Positions 55,801 to 64,000 of a stretch of 64,000 bases of DNA are shown in pieces. Position 1 is the stretch's first letter. Every line of letters starts with the position of its first letter. The stretch is from Thecamonas trahens ATCC 50062 (lineage: Eukaryota; Protista; Apusomonadida), in contig NW_013657659.1 in the NCBI RefSeq assembly GCF_000142905.1, positions 408,483 through 472,482 on the forward strand. The letters are read 5' to 3'. A model generated the notes under the pieces. That model had not been told where the DNA came from and searched no databases. It was given only the letters and a program-made list of their open reading frames with translations. The position numbers and the translations under genes were made by a program.

Positions 55801-56117
55801 TGTTCTTTGGCGGTCAGCTTGACTTGTACGAGGCGATCTCGCGCGACACGCTCATCAACGCGGCCAAGTTGTACGCGCGGTGGGGCGTGGTGCGGATTGC
55901 GGACGGGCACATCAGCCTTGCGGATGAGTTTGCGAGCGACGGCGAGGTCTCGCGGTTCGCGCGACGGATTGCGGCGTTCAAGAAGCGGTCGCGGTCGTAC
56001 TCGTCACGGCGGTATCGAACCAGGCGCGGGGTCCGGTCAGCAGTGGCCGATGCCGAGTCTCATGCCCGCAACGTGGCGCCGTTGCTGTGGGGCGGCGAGC
56101 CCATGACCTCGCTGTAA
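52882..56117 (+). CDS. Glycerol-3-phosphate/DHAP acyltransferase (PlsB/GPAT/GNPAT-like) with N-terminal hydrophobic segment; frame break near 53294
   Basis: Acyltransferase motifs LLLPTHRSAIDY (HX4D) and FIEGSRSRTGK; FYRNQLMHVFV; LLWPFLDSY. The upstream ORF joins with one added base or via an 80-nt intron (53232-53311). Confidence 0.85.
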
Positions 56118-56127
56118 AATGACATAG

Positions 56128-57492
56128 CTACAGAAGGGCCGAGGCAGACGGGACCAGCGGCGAGGTGGGGGTGATGCGGCGGGTCGAGTTGTGCAGAGCG
56201 ACCGAGGCCGAGCGCGAGAGGAGGGCGAGCTCACCGGAGGTCTGCCTGCGAGAGATAAGGAGCTCCGAGGCCGAGGCTGAGGCCGAGAGGAGGCGGGCGT
56301 CACGTGCGGCCGAGGCGGAGCGGCGGGCAGAGCGGCGGGCAGCAGCAGCGGCGCGCTCTTCGGCCTCGGCGCGGTCTATGCGGGCACGGGCCGATGACGC
56401 GAGCTTGGCCATAGCTGCCTTTTCAGCAGCGGCGCGGGCGGCGTTGTCGGTCTCGATCTCGGCTAGCATGCGGGCGCGTTTTCGGGCGCGGCGCTTGGCG
56501 CGTTCGGTCTTGCGGCGGGCAGCGGCGTCGTGCTCAGCAGCCACCTTTTCGGCACGAGCCTTACGCTCAGCGCGTGCGGAAGCAGCTAGAGCGGCATCGA
56601 GGGCGTCGAGCTCGCGTTCGATGCGCGCGTCGGCGTCGTCGGCGTCTGCGGCCATAGCGGCGCGGGCGGCGTTGAGATGAGCGTTGGCAGCGTAGGCCTC
56701 CGGCAGCAGGGCTGGATGGGCACGCTCGACGACAAGCTTGAGAGCAGCAGCAACACGGGCAGTATCGGCATAGAAGCGCACGGCATAAGAACCGTGCTGG
56801 GCGCGGAGGATGGCGGCGACAATGTGCTTGCACCACTGCGGGCGCGGTTGCGAGGTCTTCTTCCGCATCGTCACTGGTGCGTGGCATGAACACTTGGGGT
56901 AGATGCGCGAGGAGTCGGGATCCTGGACAAAGCGGACGACCGAGTCGTCGACAACAGCGAGGACGGTGCGGAGCGAGCCGCGCGGATGGAGGGCGACGAG
57001 GGCATTGCCGGCTTGCGCGGCTGTCTCGAGAGCCTTGCCATCCGCGCGAGCACGCGGACAGGCACGGGAGCGGATAAGAGGAGCCAAGTCGGCAATACAG
57101 GCGACAACATCGCTGTCGGCCATGTCCGGCAGCGAGTCGTCGAGTGAGGCCGAAGAGAGATTGAGCGAGCGGCGCGAGAGGCGGACGGCGAGCGAGGAGG
57201 CGAGCGGCGAGGCGGCACGCGAGGCGGCGACGTTATCGGACGAGCGACCCTTGGCCGACGTGCTCCTTGTCCGCAGCTTGGTATGTGAGAGATGCGGCGA
57301 GCGAGCACGAGTCGCGCTTCGGCCGCGCTCCCGGCCACGTCGCTCCCTGTGCCTGTCCGAGCGGGCGCGGCGTGCACGTTGGCCAGCAATGGTCCGTGTG
57401 GCGGCAGGCTGTGAGGAGGGAGGAGAAGATGGCGGGGAATGGTAGTCGGACTGTGACTTGGCGAAGGCCGAGAATGGTACGTAGCGCACCAT
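56128..57492 (-). CDS. SWIM zinc-finger protein with C-terminal coiled coil
   Basis: CSC-x(16)-WCKHIVAAIL matches the SWIM CxC...CxH pattern; followed by a long A/R/E helix. Confidence 0.7.
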   Translation of the reverse strand: MVRYVPFSAFAKSQSDYHSPPSSPPSSQPAATRTIAGQRARRARSDRHRERRGRERGRSATRARSPHLSHTKLRTRSTSAKGRSSDNVAASRAASPLASSLAVRLSRRSLNLSSASLDDSLPDMADSDVVACIADLAPLIRSRACPRARADGKALETAAQAGNALVALHPRGSLRTVLAVVDDSVVRFVQDPDSSRIYPKCSCHAPVTMRKKTSQPRPQWCKHIVAAILRAQHGSYAVRFYADTARVAAALKLVVERAHPALLPEAYAANAHLNAARAAMAADADDADARIERELDALDAALAASARAERKARAEKVAAEHDAAARRKTERAKRRARKRARMLAEIETDNAARAAAEKAAMAKLASSARARIDRAEAEERAAAAARRSARRSASAARDARLLSASASASELLISRRQTSGELALLSRSASVALHNSTRRITPTSPLVPSASALL

Positions 57493-57619
57493 GTGGGTGT
57501 CTGTGCGTGAGTATGGAGGGGTGGAGAGTAGTGGAGTGAGCAGGGGAGGGGAGGGGAAATTGGTGGGTGCGAGGACTGGGTTGGGGTGGACGGGATGATT
57601 GGCGAGTGTGGGCTACGAT

Positions 57620-58498
57620 CTATGATGATGACGATGAAGATGAGGAGGAGGAGGAAGAGGAGGAGGAGGAGCCGGCCGAATCTGATCCGCGCCAGACGGT
57701 GCAGGCCGAGTCTGCCGAGTAGCCGGAATAGGCTGATGAGGTAGAGTAGTCTGCGGTGGCGGCGATAGCGTCTTCGATGGAGGCGCCTGCGGCGATGCGG
57801 CGCTGGCGCGCTTGTGCGGCGGCGGCGTGGCGGGCGGTAGCCTTGTCGGCCGACTTGACAGCGAGGGCGGTCCACTTCTTCATGGCGTTCTCAAAGCCCG
57901 AGTCCTCGTGCTCGGGCCAGTCGCTCGGGGAGACCGTCGGCTCAAAACCGGCCAGCTTCTTGGCGCGCCTCAGGGCAAGGATGGCCTCGGCCTCATTGGA
58001 GACAGACTTGAGGGCGTGGGCTAGGTGAAAGTAGGCGTTCACAAACTTGGGCTCGCGACGGATGGCGCGCTTAAAGTCGTGGATAGCGGAGCGCTTGCGG
58101 CCGAGGCGATACTTTGCAATGCCGCGGTGGTCGTAGGCAGTCGAGTAGTCGGGATCGAGCTGAATGGCCCGGGTGTTGTCGGCAATGGCCTTCTCGTAGT
58201 GGCCGGACGAGGTGTACGCCCGGCCGCGCATGGTGTACGTCTTGGGATTGTTGCTGTTGCACTCGAGGGCGGTGGTGTAGTCGGCAACAGCCTTGTTGAA
58301 CCGTGACGACTTTTCGTAAGCCGACGCTCGCAGCAAATACGTCTTCTCGTTCCGCTTGTCACGAGCAATGGCTAGGGTGTACGCCTTGATAGCCTTGGCG
58401 AGCTGACCTGCCTTCTCATACGACCGCGCCTTCTTGACCAACCGTCTGGCTTCAGCGACCGCAGTCGAGCGGTTGCCACCAGGGATGCCAACCACCAT
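57620..58498 (-). CDS. Tetratricopeptide-repeat protein (about 5 TPRs) with a poly-Ser tail
   Basis: Repeated 34-aa units such as TYTMRGRAYTSSGHYEKAIADNTRAIQLDPDYST and AYDHRGIAKYRLG...AIHDFKRAIRREP. Confidence 0.88.
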   Translation of the reverse strand: MVVGIPGGNRSTAVAEARRLVKKARSYEKAGQLAKAIKAYTLAIARDKRNEKTYLLRASAYEKSSRFNKAVADYTTALECNSNNPKTYTMRGRAYTSSGHYEKAIADNTRAIQLDPDYSTAYDHRGIAKYRLGRKRSAIHDFKRAIRREPKFVNAYFHLAHALKSVSNEAEAILALRRAKKLAGFEPTVSPSDWPEHEDSGFENAMKKWTALAVKSADKATARHAAAAQARQRRIAAGASIEDAIAATADYSTSSAYSGYSADSACTVWRGSDSAGSSSSSSSSSSSSSSSS

Positions 58499-58695
58499 GA
58501 GTATGTCTGTGTGTGTGGGGGGGTGGATGGGGGGGTGGATGGGGGGGGGGGGGGGGGTGGAGGTGGTGGTGGGAGGGGGTGGGGTTGGGGTAGGTGGGGA
58601 GTGGCACTGGTGGCCTGTTGCGAACAAAGCACGCGGGTGCAGACTCGGCAGAGACCGAGGTGGAGACGGAGACACGGCTCTAGTGAGAGGAGAGA

Positions 58696-61436
58696 ATGCG
58701 AGCGCGACCAAGTGGGCGAGGTGCTTTTGCTGTTGTGTGGACCGTGGTGGTGGCTGTGGCGGCTGTGGTGTACATGTGCGTGATTGTGGAGGGTGCGGCG
58801 GCGACGGCAGAGGCGAGGTCTGCGGCGGCCGACAGTGTTCTGACATGCGACGAGCTCATGGCGTCCGGGGGTGTTGTCCATGCCACCACGGACGACGGCT
58901 GCGGTGCAGCTCCTCAGTTTGGGCTTGCAGCGTCACTTGGGGATGCGGTGAGCGCAGCTGCGGGGTGTGCAGCAGCACACACGCCGGTGGTGATCAGGCT
59001 GGCGCGATGCGGGTATCTCTTGCGGGAGGCGCTGGCCATACCGAGCCACACGGTGCTTGACGGTGGGTACGATGCCTCAGGGGCGGTGTGGATCAAGAAG
59101 ATGAAGCGGGCATCATCGGCTACGTTTGATCACTCGCCGCAGCCGCTGCTGGACGCCAACGAGACGGTAGTGCTGCGCAGCGGTGAGTCTGGGATCGCGG
59201 TCGATGGCGGCGGGCGGGCGCTCATCGCCATCGACGCCGTGAAAGTCGACGGCTGGGGCTTGCGCGACCTGACGGTCGCATTTACGGATGACGCGGTTGA
59301 TGTGGCTGGCCCGTCGACTTCTTTCTATGCGGTGGCGGCGCACGAAACTGGCGCAGCCGGGTTCGACATTACCCGAGTTGCACTTCTCCTTCCTGGCCGG
59401 CTCCCGCAAGGCATGACTGGGCTGGCCGGAACGCAAGGCGCGCCGGGCGAGTCGGCTACACAGGCAGAGCCTGGTGATTCCGACGATGCATCGGCGTGGG
59501 GACATGCGTCGCCGGGTGGAGCGGGAGGCGGGCCCGGTGCCGGCGCCGGCGGCGCCATCCACGAGTATGGCTCGGGCTGGTTTGGCCATGATGGCAGCCC
59601 CGCGCAGCAGACGTCGCCCTGGGCTGGAGGCGGCGGAGGCGCTGGCGGGAACGGCGGGTCAGGCGGACAGGCTGGAGGGAGAGGCGGAGCTGGCGGCGCG
59701 CCGGCGTGGATGGCGGCGGGGGCGGTCGACGGTGGTCCAGGCGGCAGTGCCGGTAAGAGTGGTCGCCCCGGAAGCCCTGGCAAGCCCGGCGTAACGCCAT
59801 GTCCATCAGCCAACACCGAGTGCTGGGCCGATCCCGGTGCCATTGGTGTGCTCACCACCAACACGCGTGGGCTTGTTGCCGGCGGCACTGGCTCGGCTGG
59901 AGATGTGGGGCGGGGCGGTGGTGGTGGAAGCGGCGGTGGCGGCGGTGGCGGCCAGCAGTGTCGGCTCTGTAGAGACGGTGGCGGAGCCGGCGGCGGCGGT
60001 GGCGGCGGTGGGGGCGACGGAGGAGCCGGCGGCCGGGGCGGACTCGCCGGTGGCTCGTCAATTGCACTCCTCGTGTCGGCTTCCAAGGGGCCTGATGGCG
60101 GCCAGCTCTCGTCGTCGCTACTCCTGCCGGGTCTGGCGGGTACCGGAGGACTCGGGGGCGACGGAGGTGGTGGCGGGCCAGGCGGACGTGGCGGGTACGG
60201 CGGGACAGCGAGTAGTGAGGTTGGTGCCGGAGGGCGTGGCGGCGACGGCGGACAGGGAGAAGGCGGAGGAGCTGGTGGGCCTGGCGCGCCTGGCATCTCG
60301 GCGTTTGTCCACGAAGTGGCGAACACTGTTGCCCCGGTCAAGGCGCCGATCCCCGACTACATGTTTGACCTCGGCGGCGTGTTGCCGTTTGCGGTTGCTG
60401 GCGCCGAGCGCGGCGTGATCTGCTCGTTTGTGCCGCAGGAGATCTCACTGCCACCCGGCCTGGACGACACGGCGTACGAGGTCGACTTTGTAGGCGCCGC
60501 CGCCGTCGAGCAGGTTGTGCCCGGCTCGTCTGCAACGGGCGCGCTGTGGCGGGTAACCTACGGAAGCGCCGGCTGGTACGATGTCATGACAGCGGTGGGT
60601 GGCGGCAACCATGTGGTGGGGGCATGGTCCACGTCGCCCCGCTCGAGTTCCAGGTCGGCTTTGTCCTGCCGCAAGGTCAGCAGCTTGAAGCCTCCATGTG
60701 CCAGACGGAGCACGTCCGCGTTGTTGCGCTCCCGACACGCGGCGACGTGACTAGCAACCTTAGCTGGACCTCAGCTGACGAGTCAGTGGTTCAGATCGTG
60801 GTTGCAGCCAACTCGCAGGGCCGAGACGTTACGCTCGAGCCCGGCAAAGCCGGGACCACGCACGTCATTGTCCGCGGCGAGTCGGCTGTGTGCGGAAAGA
60901 CCGAGTCGCTGCTCAAGGTTGTCGTCCACAACTGCGTCCACCCCTCGCCGCCGCCACCACCGACGCCACCGTCGCCGCCGCCGCCGACGTGGGAAACGCC
61001 ACCGCCGCCTGCACCCATACGTCCGCCGTCGCCCGCCGCCGGCCATCGTGCACCACCGCCGCCGCCGTCGACATCGAGCGGAGCAAGCAGCACGGGCGCA
61101 AGCAGCGGGGCGGTGCCACTCGATGGAGGCAAGAAAGCGCATGGAACGTCCGTCGGGCTGGTCATTGGTGGCATCGGCCTTATTGTCGCAGTGCTGGTGG
61201 GTGGAGCAGTGGTCGGACTGAAGTGGCACACCCGCCGCCGCGTCGCGCGACAGGGGACGCGCCTAGACGATGACGCTGTTCTCACTTCGCTCTCGGTCAA
61301 CCTCGCCAACTACGACTCGGACGTGGGCTCGGACGAGAGCGGCGGTTTGGGTGCGGGCGGGAGCGTGCCGCGCATGCTCACCGCCGACGAGATTTTGGGA
61401 GAGTTGGAGGCGCCGCTGGAGCCGTTTGGTCAGTAG
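58696..61436 (+). CDS. Gly-rich (PGRS/collagen-like) cell-surface protein with PKD/Ig-like modules, Pro-rich stalk and C-terminal TM; frame break near 60620
   Basis: N-terminal hydrophobic signal/anchor, GGAGG-rich repeats, VTYGSAGWYDV (PKD-like), LSWTSADESVVQI (bacterial Ig group-2-like), PPPP stalk, TM VGLVIGGIGLIVAVLVGGAVVGL then KWHTRRR. 2,741 nt + 1 = 914 codons. Confidence 0.75.
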
Positions 61437-62821
61437 TTGTGTTTGTGGCAGCAAGTGAAGTAGAAGGTGGAGAAAAAGGGTGAACACTTGCCGGGCGCGG
61501 TTGCGAACTAGAGCGTATGAGAACGGAAGGCACGAGGCGTCAAAAGCGCGGGTGTAGAGACAGTCGTAATGAGCACCGTTCCCGTTGAGCCAGATGGGGT
61601 GGAGAAGGAGGTGCGGCGAGGGGGCAGATAGGCGTCGACGGGTGTTGACAGGCATCTGATGCACGTGCTCACTGGCGTGAATAGGTTCTTCTCGGAGCGG
61701 TCATTGACGGTGACGGACAGTGGAGGGCGAGGGTGGTGCAAGAGTGAGGATAACGCAAAATGCTGGCGAGGCAGGCTACTCGCATACTTCGCCTCTGATG
61801 CTCTTTTCCCTGTTTAGCTTCTTATCGGTGGCGCCGGTGGTCGGTCGGCGGCGGGGGGCGGTCAGCGGCGAGTAGCAGGCGGTCGGCAGCCATGCTGTTG
61901 ACGGGGTGGCGTCGGCTGATGTGCGTATCGGCGGACGAGGAGTGGGTGGCTATATTTGCCGAGGTGGTGGGCATGTGTGGTGTGGGTGTGGTGGTTGTGG
62001 GTGGAGATGGTGGGGAGTGGGGGTCGGAGATGGGCCCGGGGAGGAGGGGTCAACAGCATCGAAGGGACACCAGGCCAACAAGTTGGGCCTCAGGTGGCAG
62101 AACTCGGATTCCGGAATACAGCAGCTGTATATTGAAGACTGTGCATGGCGGTAGTGTGTGTATGTAGTAGAGTAGTAGTGAAATCAGATTGGCCATATCT
62201 TGCAATGAGTGTGGTGGGGGCGTGTGCGGGGTCGGGCGGTCGAGGACGTGCTCAACCACCTAGGGCAAACAAGTCTACGCGAAAGTGAGCCGAGGAAGAT
62301 GGGAATCGATGACAGCAATAATGGTACTGGTGATAGTGTGAGGTGAGTGATGACCAGTAGTGTGGTCGCGGATTGTGTAGCTGGTAGTGGGAAGGAGCTA
62401 GGTGGTGATAAAGGTGGGCCTGATCGGGCGAGCGGGCGACGGCTGAGGGCTGGTGGTCGGCGAGGCGGGGGCAGCACAGGGGGCTGCGTCGGGGCTGGGT
62501 GGCTTGACAATGCTGTTGGGGAGTAGACGGGCAGTATGACTACTGATGGTTGAGGAGTGTGGGTGTCAGGGTCGGGGATGAGGATGGAGGTGACGTAGAG
62601 CGGGAAGACGAGGAGGACGAGGAGGAAGAGGAAGCCGAGTGCGCGATGGGATGGTGGTGAGGATGGCCACGGAATGAGGGTGGGGGCTGTGACTGGGATG
62701 ATAGTGATGGTGGTGGGGTAGGGGTGAGGGTAGTGGTTGGTGGTGATGGGGCGTAATGAGTATGGTAGGGGGGGATGAGGGGGGTCGTGACGTGGGTGAC
62801 GGGACGGGCGAAGGGGTGGTG

Positions 62822-63931
62822 GGTATGGCGATTGGGCTTGAGCATTGATGAAAGTGAGTATGATACGGCTGATGCGTGTGTGTGAGGTGTGGGCGATAAG
62901 GGCGGCGGGTACTTGGCCGGCAGAGGGAAGGCGGCGGACGTTAATTGAGTTGAACGTTGAATTAATTGAAGAAAAGCCGGAACAAGCATCAAACGAGGCA
63001 ATGACGTCCACAACAACAACCAAAGATCATACATGGCTTGCACAGCACACGTATGAGTACGCCAACAGGGACTGGACAAAGCTAGCAGGCAATGGGATGG
63101 ACTCCAATGACGTTGAGGTCGATGAGGCAGGGCGCGGTTGATCGATCAGATCTGCAGATCAACCATGACCACGACACATCAGGGTCAACACAAAATACGT
63201 TGCATGCAAAACTATTGACCATGACTGACGACAACAAAAATGAGCATCGATACTGTAGTGAGCAAGACCCGATGGTGGATGTTGAAGTCCCATCAATGAA
63301 AACAGGAGAATCAAGAACAAATGAAGCGACCAATAATGATACAAAGCGCACTCCGAGCCGATCGGAGCGTGACGAGGGGTCGTGACGCGCGAAATGGTAG
63401 TAGGTATGGCGATTGGGCTTGAGCATTGAAGAACATGGGTATGATGAGACTGATGGATGTGTGTGCAGTGTGGGCGACAGGGGCGGCAGGTACTTGGCCG
63501 GCAGAGGGAAGGCGGCGGACGTTAATTGAGTTGAACGTTGAATTAATTGAAGAAAAGCCGGAACAAGCATCAAACGAGGCAATGACGTCCACAACAACAA
63601 CCAAAGATCATACATGGCTTGCACAGCACACGTATGAGTACGCCAACAGGGACTGGACAAAGCTAGCAGGCAATGGGATGGACTCCAATGACGTTGAGGT
63701 CGATGAGGCAGGGCGCGGTTGATCGATCAGATCTGCAGATCAACCATGACCACGACACATCAGGGTCAACACAAAATACGTTGCATGCAAAACTATTGAC
63801 CATGACTGACGACAACAAAAATGAGCATCGATACTGTAGTGAGCAAGACCCGATGGTGGATGTTGAAGTCAAGGTCAATGAAAACAGGAGAATCAAGAAC
63901 AAATGAAGCATGACGAATAATGATACAAAGC
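62822..63931. repeat. Tandem direct duplication with a 581-bp period (62822-63347 and 63403-63931); 382-bp identical core
   Basis: 62908-63289 is identical to 63489-63870 by visual comparison; the flanks are diverged or carry indels. Confidence 0.93.
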
Positions 63932-64000
63932 AACAACAAGAGCAAAGGCAATGATCAATGAAAATGCATGTCGATGGTAATCAACCATCAAAGGCAAGAG

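Noticed and set aside
38271-56117. Operon-like functional cluster of Kae1, the giant ATPase, TDP2-like and GPAT
   Set aside because: Mixed orientations and unrelated housekeeping functions; tight spacing is general across this genome window.
62845-63906. Short duplicated ORFs in the terminal repeat, or an LTR pair
   Set aside because: Codon usage is unlike host genes, no motifs are present, there are no TG...CA ends, PBS or internal domain, and the units are nearly adjacent.

Overview
This is a GC-rich, gene-dense eukaryotic nuclear window with short GT-AG introns. Its compactness and gene content suggest a flagellated protist, possibly an apusomonad such as Thecamonas (inference only). Recognisable genes are Spt6 (5'-truncated), a LIM protein, a CDV3-like protein, Zim17/DNLZ, a WW-domain inositol polyphosphate 5-phosphatase, a C2-AGC kinase, proteasome Rpt6, a GCIP/CCNDBP1-like protein, an AcpS-type PPTase, a NEK2/NIMA kinase, an atypical calpain, a divergent CK2-alpha, Kae1/OSGEP, a ~4,050-aa DUF3638/DUF3645 SF2-helicase-like EF-hand protein, a TDP2-like phosphodiesterase, a GPAT/DHAPAT acyltransferase, SWIM and TPR proteins, and a bacterial-looking Gly-rich surface protein. 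Highlights: (1) a complete 2,810-bp autonomous hAT transposon (18478-21287) with 13-bp TIRs and a perfect 8-bp TSD, 74 bp upstream of the kinase start codon; (2) six apparent single-base-deletion frameshifts in three otherwise intact genes, most likely assembly error, although insertional editing is testable; (3) unusual protein architectures; (4) a complex repeat island upstream of the NEK gene; (5) a compositionally distinct end region with a 581-bp-period duplication. No rRNA, tRNA or CRISPR was recognised.
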